24,858 bases of DNA. It comes from an uncultured Aminicenantes bacterium. GTDB lineage: Bacteria; Acidobacteriota; Aminicenantia; UBA2199. Location: the NCBI GenBank assembly GCA_965195285.1, contig CBDAFS010000038.1, forward strand, positions 1 to 24,858. The letters run 5' to 3'. Under the pieces are notes generated by a model. It did no database searches, had not been told where the DNA came from, and saw nothing but the letters and a program-made list of their open reading frames with translations. The position numbers and the translations under genes are program-made. Shown here piece by piece: positions 1 through 7,781 of the stretch (its first letter is position 1; each line of letters opens with the position of its first letter).

Positions 1-74
1 CCTGTATTGATGTCTATATGGGTTATGGACGGATCAATTTAAAAACCTTTCTGGGTCCTTTCTCCTTGAATTGA
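1..74 (+). CDS. 3' end of an upstream gene, possibly an S8 (subtilase) serine peptidase (partial)
   Basis: Frame from base 3 reads CIDVYMGYGRINLKTFLGPFSLN*. The DxxxGYGRIN motif resembles the subtilase C-terminal motif. Stop TGA 72-74 overlaps the recN ATG at 74 (TGATG). Confidence 0.45.
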   Translation, partial: CIDVYMGYGRINLKTFLGPFSLN

Positions 75-1702
75 TGTTATCCCATCTAAAAGTTGAAAAC
101 TTTGCAGTTGTGGAAAAAGTCGAGATTGATTTCTCTCCCCATTTGAATATTTTTACCGGTGAAACCGGTGCAGGTAAATCCATTTTAATTGATGCGATTT
201 CTTTATTTTTAAACAAGAGAATTTCGGAAAATGCCATCCGAGCCGGGAAAGACAAACTGATTGTGGAGGCCCTGTTTACCCGGGATGATGATGAATTTGT
301 ACTCCGTAGAGAAATCAGGAAGAGCAAGTCGGTTTCTTATATAAACGGAGAGATGGTGCCTTTTTATCTATTGAAAGAGAAAGCCGAAAATCTGCTTAAC
401 ATTTACGGTCAGAATGAGCATATCTTCCTGTTACAAACCGGCAATCACCGGATGTATCTGGATCGTTTTTCCGGCAACAGCAAATATCTGGACCAGCTGT
501 CCGGAGCCACGGTTGCCTTGAGGGAGCTCATCCACAGATTAAAGGATCTGAAAACCCAGATGGAGCAGCTGAAGGGAAAACTGGATTTGATCGGATTTCA
601 GATCAGCGAGATCGATAATATAAAGATGGAACGGGGAAATGACCAGGAGCTGGAGCAGAGGCAGAAAATACTGGGTTCTTCTGAAGAGATACTTTCACGA
701 TCCCAGAAACTCATTGAGGAATGGTATCAGAATGAAAACTCCATATATAATCAAATTTCACAGAGTTTGAAGGATCTGGATTATTTAAAGAAAATATACC
801 CGGAACTGTTGGATTACGAAAAAGAGATGACCAATTTTTACAATACACTGCCTGAGTTTTCCGCCCAGCTCTCCACCATCCAGAACGGTGTCGAGTATAA
901 TGAAGATGAGCTGAATGAAATTCAAAATCGATTGCATAAGTTGAACCGGTTAAAATCAAAATATGATCTGGATCTAGACGGTTTGCTGGACAAGTGTCAG
1001 GAATTGAAAATGGAGAGAGAATCGCTTCTGGGTATTGAATTTTCACTGAAAGATACCCAGGATGAAATGAATGCCCTCTTGAATTCTTATAAAGACATCA
1101 ATCGTAAAGTCAGGCAAAACCGACAGGAAAAAGCCAAGGAATTGAGCAGACAGGTGGAGAGTGAGTTGTCCCGGCTGGAAATGAAGCGGGCCCAATTTAC
1201 GGTGCAATTCGAGGAAATTGAGCCGGATTTTGAAAATTTATCCGAAAAGGGAACCGACAGAGTGGAATTTTATTTTTCTTCCAATCCAGGCCAAAACCCG
1301 GGGAAAATCAAGGATGTCATCTCGGGAGGTGAATTGTCCCGACTCATGCTGGTTTTAAAATCACTTGTTGAAGACGAGGCGTATTCCACATATATTTTCG
1401 ATGAAATTGACAGTGGGATCGGGGGGAAAACCGCTCAGTTTGTGGGAGAGAAATTGAAAAGAATTTCACGGTCCAATCAGGTCATTTGTATTTCCCATCT
1501 ACCCCAAATTGCTTCATTTGCCGATAAACATTTTTTAATTCAAAAAAAAGTTAGCGATAATCAGACCTATAGTTTCACCACCGAATTATCCCATCAGGAA
1601 ACCGTTCAGGAGATCGCCCGGTTAATGGCGGGCCGGGATGTAAATGAAGATGTATTAGCCGCAGCCGAAAACTTGCTGTCAGCTGTCAAAAAGCGATCAT
1701 AA
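74..1702 (+). CDS. recN: DNA repair protein RecN
   Basis: Walker A TGETGAGKS, long coiled coil, ABC signature ISGGELSR, Walker B IFDEIDSGIGG, QVICISHLPQIA, C-terminal EIARLMAG. ATG at 74 preferred over TTG at 71. Confidence 0.96.
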   Translation: MLSHLKVENFAVVEKVEIDFSPHLNIFTGETGAGKSILIDAISLFLNKRISENAIRAGKDKLIVEALFTRDDDEFVLRREIRKSKSVSYINGEMVPFYLLKEKAENLLNIYGQNEHIFLLQTGNHRMYLDRFSGNSKYLDQLSGATVALRELIHRLKDLKTQMEQLKGKLDLIGFQISEIDNIKMERGNDQELEQRQKILGSSEEILSRSQKLIEEWYQNENSIYNQISQSLKDLDYLKKIYPELLDYEKEMTNFYNTLPEFSAQLSTIQNGVEYNEDELNEIQNRLHKLNRLKSKYDLDLDGLLDKCQELKMERESLLGIEFSLKDTQDEMNALLNSYKDINRKVRQNRQEKAKELSRQVESELSRLEMKRAQFTVQFEEIEPDFENLSEKGTDRVEFYFSSNPGQNPGKIKDVISGGELSRLMLVLKSLVEDEAYSTYIFDEIDSGIGGKTAQFVGEKLKRISRSNQVICISHLPQIASFADKHFLIQKKVSDNQTYSFTTELSHQETVQEIARLMAGRDVNEDVLAAAENLLSAVKKRS

Positions 1703-1746
1703 CCCATTCCGATTCGTCTTATTGTATTCATTCGGCGCAGCTGACG

Positions 1747-1847
1747 AGTTACCATACAACACGATTAATTTTGCTGTATGTATGGTAACTTTTGGTTGAC
1801 ATTTGTTACCATACACATTATAATATTTTAAGGTTTGTATGGTAACT
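1747..1847. repeat. Two tandem inverted-repeat pairs (probable operators)
   Basis: AGTTACCATACA 1747-1758 / TGTATGGTAACT 1779-1790 and GTTACCATACA 1805-1815 / TGTATGGTAAC 1836-1846. Both pairs have a 20-bp spacer. Confidence 0.9.
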
Positions 1848-1853
1848 AAGGAG
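1796..1853 (+). promoter_or_regulatory. Consensus sigma70 promoter and RBS
   Basis: TTGACA 1796-1801, 17-bp spacer, TATAAT 1819-1824. AAGGAG 1848-1853 lies 5 nt before ATG 1859. Confidence 0.88.
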
Positions 1854-1858
1854 AAAAG

Positions 1859-2179
1859 ATGGTAATTATAGGTGTTCTGGAAGAAGAATTAAAGAATTCT
1901 CTCCAAATAAAAAAGAGATATGAAGAGGCACTTGATAAACTACCTAAAGGCAGTCTGATTAAAAAGAAGATTAAGGAGCATGAGTATTATTATCTTGTAC
2001 TTCGAGAAAAAGGAAAAGTAAAATTTATATATAAGGGCAAGAATATATCGCTTGAAGTTATAAATAATTATAAAGAAGCAAAACAGATGAGGGTAAAGTA
2101 TCGTGAACTACTTTCTCAGGTAAAAAAGCAGATAAAATTTTTAAAACAGTCGATAAAAAATGGAAGACAAGCAGGTTAA
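1859..2179 (+). CDS. Small basic protein, putative DNA-binding antitoxin/partner of a nucleotidyltransferase toxin
   Basis: 106 aa, Lys-rich, LPKGSLIKKKIKEHEYYYL...KVKFIYKG motif between helical segments. Strong promoter/RBS. Overlaps the start of a downstream toxin-like stub. Confidence 0.7.
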   Translation: MVIIGVLEEELKNSLQIKKRYEEALDKLPKGSLIKKKIKEHEYYYLVLREKGKVKFIYKGKNISLEVINNYKEAKQMRVKYRELLSQVKKQIKFLKQSIKNGRQAG

Positions 2180-2264
2180 TTTATTATTTGAGGTTCTACG
2201 GATCCTAGAAAATTTAAAGATTCTGGATAAATTCGATTTAATTGAAACCTTGATGTATAATTGA
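2160..2264 (+). pseudogene. Truncated N-terminus of a probable nucleotidyltransferase (GSU2403-like) toxin
   Basis: Not in the ORF track. ATG 2160 reads MEDKQVNLLFEVLRILENLKILDKFDLIETLMYN* and overlaps the upstream gene by 20 nt. Resembles the N-terminal helix of this family and ends where the LIGSW-type motif would be expected (recalled resemblance). Confidence 0.55.
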
Positions 2265-2396
2265 AATTACATTTGGGATCTTTGATGGGAGGACATTTGT
2301 TTCGAATAGGATCTATTGTACTATGAGCAGATTCGATATCTACATCGGGAAAACTTTTATATTTACCAGCGATGATAATGGGATAAAAGAGTTACG

Positions 2397-3110
2397 ATGA
2401 AGAAGAAACCGGGGCAGAAGAAAGTCTATGAAAAGGCCATAAAAAATTGGCCAAAAGATGAAAGACCCAGGGAGAAGCTTTTTAAATCCGGTGAGCATAG
2501 TTTAAGTAATGCCGAGCTTATCGCGATTTTGCTCAGAAATGGTACGCCTGGTCAGAGCGCGGTTGATTTATCGAGAAAAATACTTTCGAAGTTCAAAACG
2601 TTTCGAAATATGAGCCATACGGATATCCGGGATTGGAATGAATTCAAAGGTCTGGGACCGGCAAAAATCGCTCAGATAAAAGCGGCACTCGAGATTGGCC
2701 GGCGCTTTCGAGAGGATGAATCAAGACACGAAAAACTGAAGATAAGTTCGTCAAAAGATGTGGTAAGTATCGTAATGCCCTACATGCGTGATTTGAAGAC
2801 CGAAGTGTTCAAGGTCGTATTTCTTGATAGTCAAAATAGAATTGTCGATATGTCAGATGCCGCTACAGGCACGGTAAATCAGGCTCAGCCGATTATCCGT
2901 GAGATCATTCACTCTGCATTGCAGAAATTTGCGGTGTCGATTGTCTGTGTGCATAATCATCCGAGCGCAAATATCAATCCCAGCCCCCAGGATAAGAAAT
3001 TCACTAAAGAACTAAAAGAAGCCGGAAGATTGATGGAAATAAAACTAGTTGATCACATCATAATCGGTGATAACAGTTATTATAGTTTTTCGGATGAAGG
3101 GATTTTATAG
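2397..3110 (+). CDS. radC: RadC family JAB/MPN-domain protein
   Basis: ERPREKL, LSNAELIAILLRNG, HhH GLGPAK, JAB motif HNHPS...SPQD, DHIIIG. Confidence 0.95.
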   Translation: MKKKPGQKKVYEKAIKNWPKDERPREKLFKSGEHSLSNAELIAILLRNGTPGQSAVDLSRKILSKFKTFRNMSHTDIRDWNEFKGLGPAKIAQIKAALEIGRRFREDESRHEKLKISSSKDVVSIVMPYMRDLKTEVFKVVFLDSQNRIVDMSDAATGTVNQAQPIIREIIHSALQKFAVSIVCVHNHPSANINPSPQDKKFTKELKEAGRLMEIKLVDHIIIGDNSYYSFSDEGIL

Positions 3111-3138
3111 GGTATGATTTTGTTAAGGAGAAGCTGTT

Positions 3139-5220
3139 ATGGTTAAAAATGAAATTACGTTGCTATCCATTTTGAAGGATTCAAAATATGATCTTTCAAT
3201 ATTCGCTCCCGAAGAAATAACGACTTTCGAAAAAAAAATTATAGAGAAAAACGGTAAGCCGTATGTGGAGTGTATAATACGTGAAAAAGAGATTAATCTT
3301 AAGCCCGAAGAAATTGTGCGCCAACTCTATACTGCAAAATTAATAAACTATTATGGCTATCCCAAGAAAAGAATAAGGTTTGAGCATCCTGTCAAATTCG
3401 GCAGGCAAACGAAATCTTCCGATATAGTAGTTTTCGATAAAGATCGCCCGAACGTAGAATATATTATTGCGGAGATCAAGAAGCCAAAGCTTAAAGATGG
3501 AAAAGAACAGCTCAAGAGTTATTGTAATGCTACCGGTGCTCCTATAGCCGTATGGACGAACGGAGGTCAGATTTCCCATTATAACCGGAAAGACCCCAAT
3601 TTTTTTGAAGATATAACCGATATTCCCAATGCCAATCAGAGTCTTGCCGATATCCTCAAAGAACGATATACGCTCAAAGATCTCATCATCAAAGATAAAA
3701 TTCCTTCGGAGGGAAAATCCCTTAAAATGATTATTCAGGATATGGAAGATGAAGTCCTTGCCAATGCCGGTGTAGATGTGTTCGAAGAGGTTTTTAAACT
3801 CATATTTACGAAATTATATGATGAAAACAAAAGCCAGCAGGATAGAGCGGTTATAAATTATTTTTTGAATGGAAAAGATTATCCTATGGTTGCCGAGCCC
3901 AGGGCAAGTTACGGAAAAACAAATGAAAATTCATTTGATGAAATCAAAGAAACCGTTCAAGAGGTGGATGATTCACGGTTCAGGGTGCTGGAATTCAGAA
4001 ATACCGGTCAGTCGGAAGGAGAATTGAAGAAGAAAATCCAAAAGTTATTCGATGAAGCAAAAAGGAAATGGACCGGCGTGTTTCCCGACGAAAGTAAAAT
4101 CGACCTTTCGCCTTCTCATCTTTCCATATGTATATCAAGCCTTCAGGATGTAAAACTTTTCAATTCCAATTTACAGGTTATCGACGAAGCATTTGAATAT
4201 CTGGTCAGCAAATCTTCGAAAGGTGAGAAAGGACAGTATTTCACACCTCGTCATATAATCGATATGTGTGTCAAAATGCTCAACCCCAAAAGGGGAGAAT
4301 ATATGATCGATACGGCTGCCGGATCATGTGGATTTACGGTTCATACGATTTTTCATCTCACGGGTCATCTTTTCGAAAATACCGAAATTTCACCGGAAGA
4401 AAAAGAAGATGTTCTGAAGGTGTTCGGGATCGATTTTGACGAGAAAGTCGTGCGTGTGGCACGCACCTTGAACCTTATTGCCGGAGACGGGGAGACGAAT
4501 GTTGTACATTTAAATACGCTTGATCATGACCGTTGGGACGAGACAACAAAAAATCCCAATTGGATCGAAACCTATGGTAGCGGATATAGACGCCTGAAAA
4601 AATTGAAAAATGACAGAGAAGGAAACAAAGATTTTGGTTTTGATATTTTAATGGCAAATCCCCCTTTTGCCGGCGATATAAAAGAATCCCGCATTATTCA
4701 TAAATATGAGTTAGGCTACAACAACAAGAATAAGCCGAAATCGAAAGTCGGCAGAGATATTCTTTTTATCGAACGTAATCTTGATTTTATCAAGGCCGGA
4801 GGGCGTATGGCGATTGTTTTGCCTCAGGGTCGGTTTAACAATACGTCGGATAAAGATATCCGGGAATATATTGCCGAAAAGGCAAGAATCATTGCGGTCA
4901 TTGGTTTGCATAACAACACCTTCAAGCCTCATACCGGTACGAAGACGAGTGTATTATTCGTTCAGAAATGGGATAAAAAATTGTGTCCCAAGAAGGACGA
5001 TTACCCGATATTTTTCGGTGTGTCAGAGAATGCGGGAAAAGATAATTCCGGGGATTATATTTATGTTAAAAACGGAGACGGTAAGATAAAGCTGGACCAA
5101 TACGGTCATTTTATCGTTGACCATGATTTACATAATCACAGCGGCGAGCTTCCTGATGGTATTGCCGAAGCCTTCATAGACTGGGCAAAAGAAGAGAAAC
5201 TGAGTTTTTGGAGGGATTAG
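3139..5220 (+). CDS. Fused restriction endonuclease / N6-adenine DNA methyltransferase (RM subunit of a Type IIG/IIB-like system)
   Basis: N-terminal HsdR_N-like PD-(D/E)xK region (PEEIVRQ...SDIVVF...AEIKKP), GQYFTPR, motif I DTAAGSCGF, motif IV MANPPF. No helicase domain. Confidence 0.9.
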   Translation: MVKNEITLLSILKDSKYDLSIFAPEEITTFEKKIIEKNGKPYVECIIREKEINLKPEEIVRQLYTAKLINYYGYPKKRIRFEHPVKFGRQTKSSDIVVFDKDRPNVEYIIAEIKKPKLKDGKEQLKSYCNATGAPIAVWTNGGQISHYNRKDPNFFEDITDIPNANQSLADILKERYTLKDLIIKDKIPSEGKSLKMIIQDMEDEVLANAGVDVFEEVFKLIFTKLYDENKSQQDRAVINYFLNGKDYPMVAEPRASYGKTNENSFDEIKETVQEVDDSRFRVLEFRNTGQSEGELKKKIQKLFDEAKRKWTGVFPDESKIDLSPSHLSICISSLQDVKLFNSNLQVIDEAFEYLVSKSSKGEKGQYFTPRHIIDMCVKMLNPKRGEYMIDTAAGSCGFTVHTIFHLTGHLFENTEISPEEKEDVLKVFGIDFDEKVVRVARTLNLIAGDGETNVVHLNTLDHDRWDETTKNPNWIETYGSGYRRLKKLKNDREGNKDFGFDILMANPPFAGDIKESRIIHKYELGYNNKNKPKSKVGRDILFIERNLDFIKAGGRMAIVLPQGRFNNTSDKDIREYIAEKARIIAVIGLHNNTFKPHTGTKTSVLFVQKWDKKLCPKKDDYPIFFGVSENAGKDNSGDYIYVKNGDGKIKLDQYGHFIVDHDLHNHSGELPDGIAEAFIDWAKEEKLSFWRD

Positions 5221-5222
5221 AG

Positions 5223-6263
5223 ATGGAAAAAGGATTAACGCCTAAAGAGGCTCAGTTTTTGTTTTACACTGCACCCGATGGTGATATAAAAATTGATGTT
5301 TTTTTTGAAGGAGAGACGGTATGGCTCTCTCAACAGCTTATGGCAGAGCTCTTTCAGACCACTAAACAGAATATAAGTCTGCATATCAAGAATATCTTTG
5401 CCGAAGGGGAATTGTCAGAGGATTCAGTTATCAAGGATTTCTTGACAACTGCTGCTGATGGTAAATCCTATAAAACAAAGTACTATAATCTGGATATGAT
5501 TATCTCTGTGGGATATCGCATAAAGTCTAAAGTAGCGACTCATTTTAGACAATGGGCAACACGTCATTTGCGGGAGTTTATTATCAAGGGTTTTGTATTA
5601 GATGATAGGCGTTTGAAACAAGGCCATCATTTTGGCAAAGATTATTTTGACGAGCTTTTAGAAAAAATACGAGAGATAAGAGCCTCGGAAAGAAGGTTTT
5701 ATAAGAAAATAACAGACATCTACGCAGAGTGCAGTATTAATTATGATAAAAACGCACCGATTACCCAGGAATTTTACGCCACAGTTCAGAATAAACTGCA
5801 TTGGGCAATCACCGGGCAGACTGCTGCAGAGATAATGGCAGCCAGAACTAACGCAAGTAAAAAGAACATGGGGTTGACAACCTGGAAGAATGCTCCCAAA
5901 GGCAAGATACTTAAGACAGATATTTCTATTGCAAAAAATTATCTCAATGATATTGAATTAAAACACCTTAACCGTATCGTATCTATGTATCTGGATTATG
6001 CTGAGCTCCAGGCAGAGCGCCATATCCCAATGACGATGAATGACTGGGTACGCAAATTAGACGCTTTTTTGAAATTTAATGATTATGAAATTCTGGATAA
6101 CCCTGGCAAAGTTTCAGCAGAAGTGGCTAAACGGTTATCAGAAAAAGAATATGAGAAATACAGAATTATCCAGGATAGGGCATTCGAAAGCGACTTTGAT
6201 CGAATAACGAAAAAATACTTGAAAACAGGAAGAAAAGCGCTTGGGCGAAAAAAGACAAATTAA
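5223..6263 (+). CDS. rhuM: RhuM family (virulence-associated/DNA-binding) protein
   Basis: ETVWLSQQLMAELF, YNLDMIISVGYRIKS, FRQWAT, YFDELLEKIREIRASERRFY, VQNKLHWAITGQTAAE, AKNYL. ATG 5223 follows GGAGG; the track start at TTG 5208 is less likely. Confidence 0.9.
   Translation: MEKGLTPKEAQFLFYTAPDGDIKIDVFFEGETVWLSQQLMAELFQTTKQNISLHIKNIFAEGELSEDSVIKDFLTTAADGKSYKTKYYNLDMIISVGYRIKSKVATHFRQWATRHLREFIIKGFVLDDRRLKQGHHFGKDYFDELLEKIREIRASERRFYKKITDIYAECSINYDKNAPITQEFYATVQNKLHWAITGQTAAEIMAARTNASKKNMGLTTWKNAPKGKILKTDISIAKNYLNDIELKHLNRIVSMYLDYAELQAERHIPMTMNDWVRKLDAFLKFNDYEILDNPGKVSAEVAKRLSEKEYEKYRIIQDRAFESDFDRITKKYLKTGRKALGRKKTN
5425..5451. repeat. Intragenic imperfect palindrome in rhuM
   Basis: CAGTTATCAAGGA-T-TTCTTGACAACTG: 13-bp arms with 2 mismatches, encoding SVIKDFLTT. 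Confidence 0.75.
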
Positions 6264-6281
6264 GTTTCTGGAAATAAAAAT

Positions 6282-7703
6282 ATGAAATATTCGGTTGTTA
6301 ATTATAACAAGGTTTTAGAAAATGAAATAAAAAGGCTTGAAGCGGAGTTTTATAATTCCACTTCTTTATTGACTACGGAATATTATACGGGCGAAGAAAT
6401 AATTGATTTCGTCCAGTACGGAACATCAAAAGAACTCAATGCGATTAAAAGTGGTTTCCCAGCACTTCGACTTAATGAATTTGAGAGTTTATTTATCAAA
6501 CATCCTGAAAAATATTGCGACAAAATTGATATTGCAACGTATCAGAGCTTATCTTTAAAAAAAGATGATGTCTTGATTTGCAGAACAAATGGCAATCCTA
6601 AGCTTGTCGGAAAATCTGCTATTGTTCTTGAGGACTATGATTATGCCTTTGCTTCTTATCTTTTTAGAATTAGGCCAGATAGAAAAAAGATATTACCTAC
6701 TACGCTTGTAATCTATTTAAATTCATCAACTGGAAGAAATGAGATAGAAAAATATCTCATGGTGAGTAATCAAGCAAATTTTAGCCCAGCTAAATTTAGA
6801 GAAATTTTAATTCCAAAGTTAGGTGAAAAAATTCAAAAATTAATCGATAAAATCGTTTTATTCTCATTTGATAAGCATAAGGAAGCAAATACTCTTTACT
6901 CTCAAGCAGAACAAACACTTTTATCTGAACTTGACCTTTTAAACTGGAAGCCGAAGCGCCGGCTTTCATTCGTGAAGAATTACTCCGATGCACAATCATC
7001 CAACCGTATTGACGCTGAATACTTCCAGCCCATGTATGAGGATATAATTAATTGTTCTAAAGCTAAAGTAGAAACTTTTCTCATTGATGAAGTTTTTACT
7101 TTTAAACGAGGCGATTTTATTGATACGAAATATTACACCAATGAAAGAACAAAACGTGCTTATATTAGAATTAAAGAACTTTCAAATTTAAGTAGTATCA
7201 ATGAAGCTCAAGTTATTTATATAGATGATGGTTTTTTAGATGGTTCTCAAAACACATTAAAAGAATTTGATATTGTTACAGCGATTATTGGAGACACAAT
7301 TGGAAAATCAAATCTTATTCTTAAAGAATATGAAGGAAGCTATTTTTCCAATAATACGGGTAGGTTTAGGCTTCGTCCTGATTTCAAGAGTAAATTTGAT
7401 CCATTTTATTTAGAGACACTTTTTCATAGTATTTTTATTCAGTCGCAAATACAAAGAGCTAAAGCTCAAACAGGACAGCCAAAAATAGCAGATAGTGAGA
7501 TTAAGAAAATTCTTATTCCATGTATTGATTTAGGGAAACAGAAAAGAATAAGTCAAAACATACAAAAGGCTTTAGATAGCAATAAATTATCAAAAAAACT
7601 ACTCCATATTGCAAAACGTGGTGTTGAAATGGCAATTGAGAAAGATGAAAAAACCGCACAAGAGTGGATTAATTCAGAATTAAGAAAGCTAAACATAAAA
7701 TAG
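6282..7703 (+). CDS. hsdS: Restriction-modification specificity (S) subunit with two TRDs
   Basis: Repeated RLEAEFY / RIDAEYF motifs precede two TRD-like blocks (DDVLICRTNG...GKSAI; DIVTAIIGDTIGKS...GQPKI). Central helical spacer YSQAEQTLLSEL. Downstream of the RM gene. Confidence 0.88.
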   Translation: MKYSVVNYNKVLENEIKRLEAEFYNSTSLLTTEYYTGEEIIDFVQYGTSKELNAIKSGFPALRLNEFESLFIKHPEKYCDKIDIATYQSLSLKKDDVLICRTNGNPKLVGKSAIVLEDYDYAFASYLFRIRPDRKKILPTTLVIYLNSSTGRNEIEKYLMVSNQANFSPAKFREILIPKLGEKIQKLIDKIVLFSFDKHKEANTLYSQAEQTLLSELDLLNWKPKRRLSFVKNYSDAQSSNRIDAEYFQPMYEDIINCSKAKVETFLIDEVFTFKRGDFIDTKYYTNERTKRAYIRIKELSNLSSINEAQVIYIDDGFLDGSQNTLKEFDIVTAIIGDTIGKSNLILKEYEGSYFSNNTGRFRLRPDFKSKFDPFYLETLFHSIFIQSQIQRAKAQTGQPKIADSEIKKILIPCIDLGKQKRISQNIQKALDSNKLSKKLLHIAKRGVEMAIEKDEKTAQEWINSELRKLNIK

Positions 7704-7781
7704 CTAATTATAAAAAGTGAAAAAAGGAAATCTTTGATTAAAAAATCAAAACCCGGATTGCATAGGTTTGGGGGTGTAAAC

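Noticed and set aside
1747-1847. CRISPR mini-array or transposon ends
   Set aside because: Repeats are only 11-12 bp, alternate in orientation and overlap a promoter. No cas or transposase genes.
3139-7703. Classical Type I RM system
   Set aside because: No HsdR helicase/translocase in the window, and the nuclease domain is fused to the methylase.
7733-7750. TTTGATT-AAAA-AATCAAA palindrome upstream of the DUF2130-like gene as an FNR box
   Set aside because: Spacing is TTGAT-N6-ATCAA rather than N4, and a short AT-rich palindrome can arise by chance.
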